A stretch of 64,000 nucleotides of DNA from Trueperaceae bacterium (GCA_034521815.1 JAXHLW010000001.1:256001-320000), one strand, 5' to 3'. Numbered from the stretch's first letter, positions 16,982-29,601 are shown. Notes: generated by a model not told the origin, from the letters alone. Made by a program: numbers and translations.

Positions 16982-19054
16982 GTGCTGAGCGTCGCTGAGA
17001 AGCTGATCTTCGTCGTGCTCGCCCTGTTCTCGGTCGCCTTCGCGTACGGCGGGTTCGAGCGTGTCCGCTCCGCGGTGGGTCGCGGGGCTCGCGGCGGCAC
17101 CGACCGGCTTCGCGACCTTCCGGGTCGGGCGGGCGACGCGATCGTGCGGACGCTGGGGCAACGCACCGTGTTTCGCGATCGACCCGGCGTCGCGACGGTC
17201 CACGCCGCGGTGTTCTACGGGTTCGTGTTCTACCTGCTCGTGAATCTCTTCGACGCGGCGCAAGGCCTGGCGCCCCCGTCGTGGACCGGCTGGCTCGGAG
17301 GCGCCTGGGCGGGGCCGTACCGGCTGGCGGCCGACCTGCTCAGCGTGGCGGTCGTGGCCGGCGTGGCGATCCTGTTGTGGCGGCGCTTCATCGCTCGCGA
17401 TCCCGCGCTCCGTCCGGAGGTTCCGCTGCACGACGATGCGGCGTCCGGCGGGATCCGCAGGGACTCGTTGATCGTCGGCGTGTTCATCGTTCTGCACGTG
17501 GGGTTCCGCCTGGCCGGCGAAGGCTTCCTGCTCGCAGCGGAAGGTCATGTCGACGGGTGGCAGCCGTTCGCCAGCCTGCTGGCCGTGGCCGTGGGATTCG
17601 ACCCCTCCAGGATCGTCGGCTGGCACGTCGGCTGGTGGGGCGCGCTGGGGCTGATCCTGGCGTTCCTGCCGTACTTCCCGCGCAGCAAGCATCTTCATCT
17701 GATCGCGGCCCCGGTCAACTTCGCGCTGGAGCGCCGCGGTCCCGACGGCTCGCCCGCGCCCAGCGGCACGCTGGAGCCGATCGACTTCGCCGACGACACG
17801 CTCGAGAGCTTCGGTGCCGAGCGGCTCGAAGATCTTCCCTACGCCCAGATCCTGGACGCCTACGCCTGCATCCAGTGCCACCGCTGCACCGATGCCTGCC
17901 CGGCGCACGTGACGGGAAAGAAGCTCTCGCCCTCCGCGCTGGAGATCAACAAGCGCTACGAGCTGACCCTCGTCGCGGACGACCTCGCGGCGGGGGAGGC
18001 CAGCCCCAGGCCGCTGCTGGCGTTCGCGCTGGACGAGGAGCAGATCTGGGCGTGCACGACCTGCGGCGCCTGCATCGACGCCTGCCCGGTCGGGAACGAG
18101 CCGATGCTGGACATCGTCGACATGCGACGCGAGCGGGTGCTGATGGCGGGCGCGTTCCCGGCGGAGCTCCAGCAGGCGTTCCGCGGCATGGAGCGGACCG
18201 GGAACCCGTGGGGGCTGAGTCAGGATGATCGCCTGGCGTGGGCCGACGGACTGGACGTTCCGACCGTGGAAGACCGCCCCGACTTCGAGGTGCTTTTCTG
18301 GGTCGGCTGCGCGGGGGCGTACGATCCGGCGGCGCAGACGACGACCCGTGCGATGGCGACGATCCTGGACCATGCGGGCGTTCGCTACGCGGTGCTCGGC
18401 AAGAACGAGCGCTGCAGCGGCGACCCCGCTAGACGGGCGGGAAACGAGTACCTGTACTACCAGCTGGCGACCGAGAACGTCGCGGTCTTGGACGATGCCA
18501 TGGCCGGGGGCCTGCTGGACGCGGACGCCCCCAAGCGGATCGTCACGGCCTGCCCGCACTGCTACAACGCCTTGCTGAACGACTACCCGCAGCTCGGCGG
18601 CAGCTACGAGGTGGTGCACCACACGGAGCTTCTCGACGAGCTGGTCGGCGCCGGTCGCCTGCCGCCGCTGGAGCTCGGGAAGGGCACCACGTACCACGAC
18701 CCGTGCTACCTGGGTCGCCACAACGGCGTGTACGAGGCGCCCCGGCGCGTCCTGCGCAGCGGTGGCGGCACCATCGACGAGATGCCGCGCAACCGCGACA
18801 AGAGCTTCTGTTGCGGCGCGGGCGGCGCACAGTTCTGGAAGGAAGAGGCGCCGGGCCGGGAGAAGGTCGCCGATGCCCGCATGCGCGAAGCGACCGCCAC
18901 CGGGGCCACCACGGTCGCCGCGGCCTGCCCGTTCTGCGCGTCGATGCTCGGCTCGTCCGCCGTCGCCGGCGAGGGGGGCGCACCGGAGGTCGTCGACGTC
19001 GCCCAGCTGTACGAGCGCCGACTGACGGAGCTGAAGGAGCGCCTCTCGGCCTGA
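16982..19054 (+). CDS. membrane-bound Fe-S oxidoreductase (FadF/HdrD-like, CCG domains)
   Basis: N-terminal TM helices, CIQCHRCTDACP, CTTCGACIDACP, YHDPCYLGRHN, FCCGAGG. Confidence 0.9.
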   Translation: MLSVAEKLIFVVLALFSVAFAYGGFERVRSAVGRGARGGTDRLRDLPGRAGDAIVRTLGQRTVFRDRPGVATVHAAVFYGFVFYLLVNLFDAAQGLAPPSWTGWLGGAWAGPYRLAADLLSVAVVAGVAILLWRRFIARDPALRPEVPLHDDAASGGIRRDSLIVGVFIVLHVGFRLAGEGFLLAAEGHVDGWQPFASLLAVAVGFDPSRIVGWHVGWWGALGLILAFLPYFPRSKHLHLIAAPVNFALERRGPDGSPAPSGTLEPIDFADDTLESFGAERLEDLPYAQILDAYACIQCHRCTDACPAHVTGKKLSPSALEINKRYELTLVADDLAAGEASPRPLLAFALDEEQIWACTTCGACIDACPVGNEPMLDIVDMRRERVLMAGAFPAELQQAFRGMERTGNPWGLSQDDRLAWADGLDVPTVEDRPDFEVLFWVGCAGAYDPAAQTTTRAMATILDHAGVRYAVLGKNERCSGDPARRAGNEYLYYQLATENVAVLDDAMAGGLLDADAPKRIVTACPHCYNALLNDYPQLGGSYEVVHHTELLDELVGAGRLPPLELGKGTTYHDPCYLGRHNGVYEAPRRVLRSGGGTIDEMPRNRDKSFCCGAGGAQFWKEEAPGREKVADARMREATATGATTVAAACPFCASMLGSSAVAGEGGAPEVVDVAQLYERRLTELKERLSA

Positions 19055-19119
19055 TCGGGCGGCGCGTCGCGCGTGAGAGGCGACGCGCCGTCGTCCGCCA
19101 TACGGCTATGCTCGGCGCC

Positions 19120-19722
19120 ATGCCGGCAGCGCTCCGATCCATCGCCGTCGCGCTCGTGCTCGTGGTCGCCGGTGCCGGCGCCTACCAGGCCGGTCGCTGG
19201 CTCGCCCCGCCTCCCGAGCGGGTGGGCACCGTGCTCCAGAATCCGCAGGACGTATCCGACCTGGAGCTCACCCTCGCAGCCGATGGCAGCCGAATCGTCT
19301 TCGGCGACCTGGCCGCGCGGTCGAGCTGGACGCTCGTGTTCTTCGGGTTCGTGGACTGTCCCGACGTGTGCCCGTTGACGATGGCGCGTCTCGCGGAGAC
19401 GTACCGGAACCTGGGCGAGCCCGAGGGGCTCCAGGTCGTGATGATCACCGTCGATCCCGAGCAGGACGACGCCGAGCGGCTACGCCGCTACGTGAGCGCG
19501 TTCCACCCGGCGTTCGACGGCCTGGGCGGGACCACGGAGGACATCGCCGCGGCAGCGAAGCGGTTCTTCATCGGCTATTCGGGAACGGGGACCGAGATCG
19601 TCCACACCGAGGCGGTGGGCCTGGTGGACGATACGGGCCGATTGCGAGCCGTGTACGGTCAAGGGAAGGTGGGAGCGATCGGGGACGATCTGGCGGACCT
19701 GCTGGCCGGCGAGCGCTTGTAG
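19120..19722 (+). CDS. SCO1/SenC copper chaperone
   Basis: FFGFVDCPDVCP, ITVDPEQD, conserved His (IVHT), N-terminal TM. Confidence 0.92.
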   Translation: MPAALRSIAVALVLVVAGAGAYQAGRWLAPPPERVGTVLQNPQDVSDLELTLAADGSRIVFGDLAARSSWTLVFFGFVDCPDVCPLTMARLAETYRNLGEPEGLQVVMITVDPEQDDAERLRRYVSAFHPAFDGLGGTTEDIAAAAKRFFIGYSGTGTEIVHTEAVGLVDDTGRLRAVYGQGKVGAIGDDLADLLAGERL

Positions 19723-19746
19723 GTGCGCGCCCGCCGGAGGTCCAGG

Positions 19747-19772
19747 GTTCAGGAACGTTCAGGAACGTTCAG
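19747..19772. repeat. 10-bp tandem repeat GTTCAGGAAC x2.6
   Basis: Read directly; lies between convergent genes. Confidence 0.8.
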
Positions 19773-19777
19773 CGACG

Positions 19778-20041
19778 TCAGGCCATGTCCGCGAGAAGCT
19801 GATACAGCGCGCGGCGGTCCTTGGCGTCGATCTCGAGCCGGGTGCTGGGACCCGTGACGGCCAGACGCTCGCTGCCTCCGCGCGGTCGAACGGTGTAGAT
19901 CGCGACGGTCTCGTCGCCGACGCGTCCGAGCACCGAACGGAAGCTGGGTCGATCGTGCACGACGCGGTCCGCCATGGTGCGAACGGTCTGCGCGTCGCGG
20001 GCGTCGATCTCGGTGGCGATGTCGCCGATTCGGATCGTCAT
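19778..20041 (-). CDS. small hypothetical protein (87 aa) with internal duplication
   Basis: SD GAGGTG before ATG 20041; TEIDARDAQTVRTMAD vs LEIDAKDRRALYQLLAD. Confidence 0.7.
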   Translation of the reverse strand: MTIRIGDIATEIDARDAQTVRTMADRVVHDRPSFRSVLGRVGDETVAIYTVRPRGGSERLAVTGPSTRLEIDAKDRRALYQLLADMA

Positions 20042-20053
20042 TGCAGTCACCTC

Positions 20054-20161
20054 GAGACGCTGGATTCCACTCCGACGGGGTCGTCTTGGACGGGGTCGTC
20101 GTGGGGCGTCTCACGGGCAGCCTAGACCGGCGCGTCAGGGACATGTGTTCCGGGAACACAT
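20054..20161 (-). promoter_or_regulatory. palindromic operator, -10 box and structured 5' leader
   Basis: ATGTGTTC-N3-GAACACAT (20143-20161); TAGGCT (20119-20124); GAGACGC/GCGTCTC stem enclosing two GACGACCCCGTC units. Confidence 0.5.
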
Positions 20162-20350
20162 CGAGGCCCCTCCGCGCCGACGAATCCCAGGTCGTGCGCT
20201 CGTGACGATAGCGAAGCGAAGGCGATCCGCATCTGTCGCCGTCGAAACGTAAGGAAATCGTCGAAGCGAGGCCGATAAGACACGGCCTCCGAGGGCACGA
20301 AAGACGACAATACCCGGAAACCCCGACAGGGACGGGGTCGACCGCACCTC

Positions 20351-21645
20351 TTAGCGCGCGTCGTCGCGGCGGAACACCTCGCGTCCAGCGACCCAGGTGC
20401 GCATCGGCCAGCCGCGTAGCGTCTGACCGTCCCAAGGCCCGAACTTCGCCTTCGAGAGGAACCGGCCGGGATCCACCGTACGAGCCGTGTCCAGATCGAG
20501 AAGGACGACGTCGGCCGGGGCGCCTTCGGCGAGCGACGGAGCCGGCCAGCCCATCACGTCGGCCGGACCGTCCTGCAGAAGCCGCAGAAGCTCCGGAAGC
20601 GCCACCACGCCGCCCAGCACCAGCGCCTCGTACAGCACCGGGAACGCCACCTCGATGTGCGCGATGCCGAACGGCGCGCTCAGCAGGTCGCGCTGCTTCT
20701 CCTCGCGGGTGTGCGGGGCGTGATCCGTGCCCAGGCAGTCGACCAGGCCCGAGCGGATCCCGTCGCGCAGCGCCTGCACGTCGTCCGCGGTGCGCAGCGG
20801 CGGCGCGACCTTGAAGACCGGGTCGAACGACGCCAGCGCCTCGTCCGTGAGGGTGAGATGGTGGGGCGTGACCTCGCACGTCACCGACACGCCCTTCTCC
20901 TTGAAGAACGCGACGACGTCCAGCGCGGCGCGGCAGCTGACGTGGGCGATGTGGACGCGCGCCCCCGTCAGGCGAGCGATCTCGGCGTCGCGATAGGTCA
21001 TCGCCGCCTCGGCGGCCCGCGGGTTGCCGGGCAGGCCCAAGCGCTCGCTGACCGCCCCTTCGTTCATCACCCCGTCGCCGCGCAACGTCGGATCCTCGGA
21101 GTGGGTCTGCACGACCAGGTCCAGGTCGCGCGCCCACTCGCAGGCGCGCCGCATGAGCTCGCCGTCCACGACCGGAATGCCGTCGTCGGTCAGCATCACC
21201 GCGCCCGCCTCCGCCAGGGCCGCGGCGTCGGTCAGCCGTTCCCCCCGCAGCCCCATCGACAGCGCTGCCGCCGGGCGCAGCCGTGTGCCCCCCAGCCGCT
21301 CCGCCTTCTCGATCAGCGAACGGACCAGGCCGGGCTCGTCCACGACCGGGTCGGTGTTGGCCATCGAGACGACCGTTCCGTAGCCGCCGGCCGCGGCGGC
21401 GGCCAGACCCGAGACGAGATCCTCCTTGACCTCGAATCCCGGCTCGCGGAGGTGCACGTGCGGGTCGATGAAGGCGGCCGTCGCCACCAGGCCCGTCGCG
21501 TCCACCTCGTGATCGACCGGGCCTCGCGGCTCGGCGCCCTCGATCCGGCCGTCCGCGAGGACCAGGTCGCCCGTGCCGATCTCGCCGTCCGAGGTGACGA
21601 TCGTCGCTCCGCGGATCCACGTCCGAGGCGCTGTTCGTGGGTCGT

Positions 21646-21649
<4 letters not shown>
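20351..21649 (-). CDS. pyrC: dihydroorotase
   Basis: DPHVHLREPG, EVTPHHL, KVAPPLR, TDHAPH; ATGA overlap with pyrB. Confidence 0.95.
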
Positions 21650-24453
<2,804 letters not shown>

Positions 24454-24501
24454 GACATCCTCCTTCGTGCCGTGGAGGACGTGACGTCGCGAGCCCGCAC
24501 G

Positions 24502-24536
24502 AAAACGCCGTCCTGACGCGAAGGCGTCGGACGGCG
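24502..24536 (-). terminator. pyr leader attenuator terminator
   Basis: CGCCGTCC-GACGC-CTTC-GCGTC-A-GGACGGCG-TTTT on the minus strand, upstream of the uraA SD. Confidence 0.85.
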
Positions 24537-24596
24537 CATGTTGTCGTACGTGGTGGTGCCGAAGGGCGGCACGGTCGCGCGAAAGTCACGGTCGCT

Positions 24597-24627
24597 CCTT
24601 CCCGGCCTCACGGGACCGGATTAAAGG
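24597..24627 (-). promoter_or_regulatory. PyrR-binding RNA element
   Basis: Minus strand CCUUUAA-UCCG-GUCCCGUGAGGC-CGGGAAGG matches the PyrR stem-loop consensus (CUUUAA...RGUCCNGNGAGGY). Confidence 0.9.
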
Positions 24628-24635
24628 CTGCGAGG

Positions 24636-24665
24636 AGCGTACCGTCGTCGCGGCGCCGATGGCAA
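24636..24665 (-). promoter_or_regulatory. pyr operon promoter
   Basis: TTGCCA-18 nt-TACGCT just upstream of the PyrR element. Confidence 0.65.
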
Positions 24666-24677
24666 GAGGCGGCCACG

Positions 24678-24710
24678 CTTAAGGAAGCGCTAAGGCTGCG
24701 CAGGCATCAT
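24678..24710 (+). promoter_or_regulatory. putative OmpR-family binding site plus weak -10
   Basis: CTTAAGG/GCTAAGG direct repeat with 11-bp period; CATCAT at 24705-24710; SD GGAGGT before ATG 24731. Confidence 0.5.
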
Positions 24711-24730
24711 GGTCATCGGAGGTAGACACC

Positions 24731-25379
<649 letters not shown>

Positions 25380-25418
25380 AGACGCCACCCAGGAGCTTCG
25401 CCGGTAGGTGGGGCTTGC

Positions 25419-25456
25419 ATCGTGGAGCGCCGAGGCGCGCTCCACGATCGTAGGAT
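25419..25456 (+). promoter_or_regulatory. 12-bp inverted repeat followed by -10 box
   Basis: ATCGTGGAGCGC-N6-GCGCTCCACGAT, then TAGGAT 9 nt before GTG 25466. Confidence 0.5.
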
Positions 25457-25465
25457 GAGGACACC

Positions 25466-26212
25466 GTGAACCGAGGACCCGGATTCCCGCGCCTTCGAGG
25501 CAGCCCACCACGAGCCGTCGTGCTCGTGGTGAGCCTCTTGCTCGTACTCGCGCTCGCGAGTGCTTTGGGGCAAGGCGGTCCCGGCACCGTGGAGGTCGCA
25601 TCGATCCCCGACGGTGCGGAGGCTGTCGTGACCGATAGGCTCGGACGAAGGCTCGTCGGCTATGGGCGCGTCGCGGACGGCACGCTACGGCTGTCCGTCG
25701 TCGGACGCGACGAGGTCGACGCCCTCGTGCTGGTTCTGATCACGCCCGACGGCACCTTCTCTCGACTGGAGGGTCGACTCACGGACAGCGGGATCACGGT
25801 GCGAGACGGGGCGTCGGAGCGCTCGCTGGACGAGTGGCTCGCGCTGCGGAGCGTGACGCTCGTGCTCGATCGCGACGGCGGCCGGGACGACGATGCGGAT
25901 GACGATCGCGACGACGATCAGGATGACGATCGTGGTGACGGCGGCCGGGACGACGATCGCGACGATGACGACCGGGACGACGACGATCGCGACGACGGAC
26001 GACGACGACGATGGCGCGACGACGATCAGGATGACGATCGTGGCGACGAAGACGATGACGACGCGGAGGATGACGACGACGTAGACGTCGACGAAGACGA
26101 CGACGATGATAGAGACGACGACCCGAATGATGACGAAGACGCCGACGATGACGACGACGACGATGACGACGACGACGATGACGACGATGACGACGACGAT
26201 GCGGACGACTGA
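25466..26212 (+). CDS. secreted protein B with Asp-rich tail, paralog of protein A
   Basis: Hydrophobic signal ending ASALG; shared SIPxG...VGYG..xDG.L.L motif; about 110-aa D-rich C-terminus. Confidence 0.8.
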   Translation: MNRGPGFPRLRGSPPRAVVLVVSLLLVLALASALGQGGPGTVEVASIPDGAEAVVTDRLGRRLVGYGRVADGTLRLSVVGRDEVDALVLVLITPDGTFSRLEGRLTDSGITVRDGASERSLDEWLALRSVTLVLDRDGGRDDDADDDRDDDQDDDRGDGGRDDDRDDDDRDDDDRDDGRRRRWRDDDQDDDRGDEDDDDAEDDDDVDVDEDDDDDRDDDPNDDEDADDDDDDDDDDDDDDDDDDDADD

Positions 26213-26225
26213 GCGGACCGCGACG

Positions 26226-26921
26226 ATGGATCCCCCCGACCTCTCCCGCACCGCCCGTGCAGCCGCTCGGATTCTCGTCGTGGAGGACGACGCTCGGCTG
26301 CGGTCGCTACTGGAGCAGGAGCTCGCTACCGACGGACACGTCGTGGTCGCGGTGGGCACGGCCGGCGAAGGTCTCTACCGGGCAGAGGAGGAGCCGTACG
26401 ACCTCCTCGTCCTCGATCTGAGCCTTCCTGACGGCGACGGGCTCGAGGTGGCGGAGCGCCTGCGTGACCGACGCGACGTGCCGATCCTCATGCTGACCGC
26501 GCGGGCGGACGTCGACAGTCGCGTCCGAGGCCTGTACGCGGGCGCGGCCGACTACATGACCAAGCCGTTCAGCGTCCCGGAGCTGCTCGCGCGGGTCCAC
26601 GCGCGCCTCCGCGAACGCCTGAAGCCAGAACGGCCCCGTCACCGCGATCTCGAGCTCGATCCCAGCGCGTCGGTGGCACGGGGGCCGGGCGGCGAGGCGA
26701 TCCTGCCCGAGAGCGAGTTCGCGCTGCTGCGCATGCTCGTCGAGCATCCTGGTCGTCTGTTCACCCGCGACGAGATCGAGCGCAGGCTGTACGTCGCAAG
26801 CGAGCGACCGGGCAGCAACACCGTCGAAGTGTTCGTGCATCACGTGCGACGCAAGCTCGAGCAGCTGGACGCGGAGCCTCGTATCCGAACCGTGCGCGGC
26901 AAGGGGTACATGCTCCGGTGA
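26226..26921 (+). CDS. OmpR/PhoB-family response regulator
   Basis: ILVVEDD, LDLSLPDGDG, LMLTAR, GAADYMTKPF, IRTVRGKGY. Confidence 0.95.
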   Translation: MDPPDLSRTARAAARILVVEDDARLRSLLEQELATDGHVVVAVGTAGEGLYRAEEEPYDLLVLDLSLPDGDGLEVAERLRDRRDVPILMLTARADVDSRVRGLYAGAADYMTKPFSVPELLARVHARLRERLKPERPRHRDLELDPSASVARGPGGEAILPESEFALLRMLVEHPGRLFTRDEIERRLYVASERPGSNTVEVFVHHVRRKLEQLDAEPRIRTVRGKGYMLR

Positions 26922-26952
26922 GCTCCGGCGATCGGCGTGAGCGAGCCCGACC

Positions 26953-28296
26953 GTGCTGAGGGTCAGGCTGGGGTTGCTGGTCGCCGGCAGCCTGCTCGTC
27001 GCGTTGGCGGCGTTCGCCGTCGTCGTCGACGCCTCGTTCGTGCGTCAACAGCGTGCCCAGCTCGACGCGCTCGTCGTTCGCGAGCTACGCCGGGTGGAGA
27101 CGCTGGTCCAGCGGTCGGAGCTAGGAGCCACCTTCCTGGGCGAGGAGGCCGACCTGGTGCTTCAGTTCGTGGACGCCGAGGGCACCGTGCAGCTTCCGGT
27201 TGATGCCGGCCAGGTCCTGCCGCTGCGGACCGGTCCGGACCTGGTCCGACGAGACGGCGGTAGCGAATGGCTGGTCGCCAGCGGCCCCTGGCGACTCCCT
27301 AGCGGTCTGGAGGCGGGAACGATTCGACTCGGGCTGAGCTTCGAGCCCGTGCTCGCGGCCAGGCGGACGCTGTGGCGCGCGATGGCGACGGCCGGGGCGG
27401 CGCTGGCCGTGGCAGCGACGGTGTTCGCCCTCGCGCTTCTCCAGCGCGCCTTGGAGCCGCTGCAGCGCTTGGTTCGGGACGCGGACGCGATCGACCCGTC
27501 GCGGCCGGAGCTGGTGGCAGGGCTGCGCAGCGCCGAGCGCGAGGACGAGGTGGGCCGCCTCGCACGCGCTCTGGAGCGGGCGATGCAGGCGATCCGTGAT
27601 CGCCAGCAGGCCGAGCGCGACGCACTGGCCGAGGTCGCGCACGAGCTGGCTGCGCCGCTGTCGGTCGTCGCTGGGCGGCTGCGCGCCGTCGAGGTCCGCG
27701 ACCCCTCCGCCGAGATCCGGTCGGCCCGCGAGGCGGCGGACGAGCTGCTTCACACGAGTCGCGACCTGCTGACGTTGGCCCGGGGCGAGCTGGAGCGGCC
27801 CATGGACCTCGAGGCCGTCGACCTGGCCGACCTCGTCCGCGGCGTCGCCTCGGAGATGCCGCCGGCCCGGGTCGTGGCGTCGGGCGAGACCGAGCTGCTC
27901 GGAAGCCCCGAGCGATTGCGGCAGGCCGTCAGGAATCTGCTCAGGAACGCGTTCCAAGCGGGCGGCGACCCGCGCGAGGTGCGCGCCGAGCTGAAGGCGC
28001 AGGGCGCGGAGATCGTGCTAGAGGTGCTCGACCGGGGTGTAGGCCTGACCGCCGGAGACGAAGAGCGCATCTTCGAGCGACACGTCAGCGGGCGGACCGG
28101 AGGCTCCGGTTTGGGACTGGCGGTCGCGCGCGCCGTGGTCGACGCGCACGACGGTTCGCTCCGGGCCGAGCGTCGCGCGGGCGGCGGCACCCGGTTCGTC
28201 GCTCGCTTTCCCACGCTCGAGGCTCGTCTGGAGACGGAGCCCGTCGTTCCCGAGCCCGAAGCGAGCGGCAGTCCGAGAGGCGCCGAGCCGTGGTAG
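26953..28296 (+). CDS. membrane sensor histidine kinase (2 TM, HAMP, HisKA, HATPase)
   Basis: DEVGRLARA, AHELAAPL, NLLRNA, DRGVG, GSGLGLAV. Confidence 0.93.
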   Translation: MLRVRLGLLVAGSLLVALAAFAVVVDASFVRQQRAQLDALVVRELRRVETLVQRSELGATFLGEEADLVLQFVDAEGTVQLPVDAGQVLPLRTGPDLVRRDGGSEWLVASGPWRLPSGLEAGTIRLGLSFEPVLAARRTLWRAMATAGAALAVAATVFALALLQRALEPLQRLVRDADAIDPSRPELVAGLRSAEREDEVGRLARALERAMQAIRDRQQAERDALAEVAHELAAPLSVVAGRLRAVEVRDPSAEIRSAREAADELLHTSRDLLTLARGELERPMDLEAVDLADLVRGVASEMPPARVVASGETELLGSPERLRQAVRNLLRNAFQAGGDPREVRAELKAQGAEIVLEVLDRGVGLTAGDEERIFERHVSGRTGGSGLGLAVARAVVDAHDGSLRAERRAGGGTRFVARFPTLEARLETEPVVPEPEASGSPRGAEPW

Positions 28297-28357
28297 CGTC
28301 CGACCACGGACGAACCGCACCCGTACCGTGTTCGGCGTACGGCTCTTGGGAGGTGCC

Positions 28358-28456
28358 ATGCGACTGACGTTTCTCGGACACGCCGCGGCGCGCGCCGCCT
28401 CGGACACCGTTGCGTGGCGCGACGTTCTCGCGCCCGGCGAGACGATGGACCTTTAG
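28358..28456 (+). pseudogene. collapsed remnant of a metallo-beta-lactamase-fold (UPF0173-like) hydrolase
   Basis: SD GGGAGGT and [35 protein letters not shown], i.e. family-typical N- and C-termini joined with no core. Confidence 0.6.
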
Positions 28457-28469
28457 AAGGGGTTCGCTC

Positions 28470-29486
28470 GTGGCCGAGCGCGACGACGCGCCCCGTACCC
28501 CCATCGGTTACCGCCCCTCGCACCGCCTCGGTGCAGGGCGTACGGCGATCGTGTACCTCGCCGAGCACGATACGTTCGGCCGGGTCGCGTTGAAGCTTCC
28601 TAGGCCCGAGCTGTCGGAGCGGCCGTTGTTGCGGCGCATGTTCGAGAACGAGGTGATGATCACCCTTCGCCTCGATCATCCCAGCGTCGTGAAGGCCTTG
28701 GCGGGGCACCCCACCGGCGAGAGGGCGTTCTTGGCGCTCGAGATCTGTCCGGGCGGCACCTTGGACCAGCTGCTGCTGGAGCGTGGGCGGCTGCCGCTCG
28801 CGAAAGCCGTGCAGCTCGTCGAGGACGTCGCGGTCGGGCTGGCGTACACGCACGTCGCCAAGGTTCTGCACCGCGACGTCAAGCCCGCGAACGTGTTCCT
28901 GTCCGATGCCGGCCGAGCGAAGCTGGGCGACTTCGGAACCGGGACGTTCATGGCCGAGGAGAGCGGCGACCGCGTGGGGACGGCGTTCTACATGGCGCCC
29001 GAGATCTTCGAAGGCGCGCCGGCGTCGGTGCGCAGCGACGTCTACAGCCTGGGCGTGCTGGCGTTCGAGGTGCTGACCGGCGAACGGCCGTTCAAGGGGG
29101 ACACCTACGATGCGTTGATGCACGCGCACATGACCGGACTCGTTCGAGATCCCCGGTCGCTGCGCGACGGCCTTTCCAGCGATCTCGCCCAGGTGGTCCG
29201 GACGGCGCTGGTCCGTCTGCCGGAGCGGCGTTTCGCGAGCGTGGCGGCGTTCCTGAAGGCGTTGCGCGAGGCGACGCCGGAGGGCCGCGAGCCGGAGGCC
29301 CAGGCGCCGCCGGATGGGCGAGCCCAGGTGGGCCGCTCGTCCCGCATGCGTCAGGACGACCGGGTCGCGGGCGGTGCTCCGGTCGATCCGTCCAACGACG
29401 TGGACGCGGAGGACGCGGACGAGTCCGCGTCCGTACCGTGGTGGCGGCGCTTTCTGGGCGGCGGCAGCGACGAGCCGTCATCCTGA
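28470..29486 (+). CDS. Hanks-type Ser/Thr protein kinase (no TM)
   Basis: LGAGRTAIVY, VALK, HRDVKPAN, DFG, YMAPE, SDVYSLG. Confidence 0.93.
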   Translation: MAERDDAPRTPIGYRPSHRLGAGRTAIVYLAEHDTFGRVALKLPRPELSERPLLRRMFENEVMITLRLDHPSVVKALAGHPTGERAFLALEICPGGTLDQLLLERGRLPLAKAVQLVEDVAVGLAYTHVAKVLHRDVKPANVFLSDAGRAKLGDFGTGTFMAEESGDRVGTAFYMAPEIFEGAPASVRSDVYSLGVLAFEVLTGERPFKGDTYDALMHAHMTGLVRDPRSLRDGLSSDLAQVVRTALVRLPERRFASVAAFLKALREATPEGREPEAQAPPDGRAQVGRSSRMRQDDRVAGGAPVDPSNDVDAEDADESASVPWWRRFLGGGSDEPSS

Positions 29487-29516
29487 CCGGCTCACTACAC
29501 ATTCTGCGCTCCATGC

Positions 29517-29601
29517 TGATATCATCAAAGTCGGAACGAGTCCGAAGACGGGATCGTCTCGGACCCAGATGAAGACTCCACACGAACGACTCCACACGAA
29601 C
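29517..29601 (+). promoter_or_regulatory. suf promoter and structured leader
   Basis: Extended -10 TGaTATCAT (29517-29525), hairpin 29540-29564, 14-bp direct repeat GACTCCACACGAAC x2. Confidence 0.5.
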
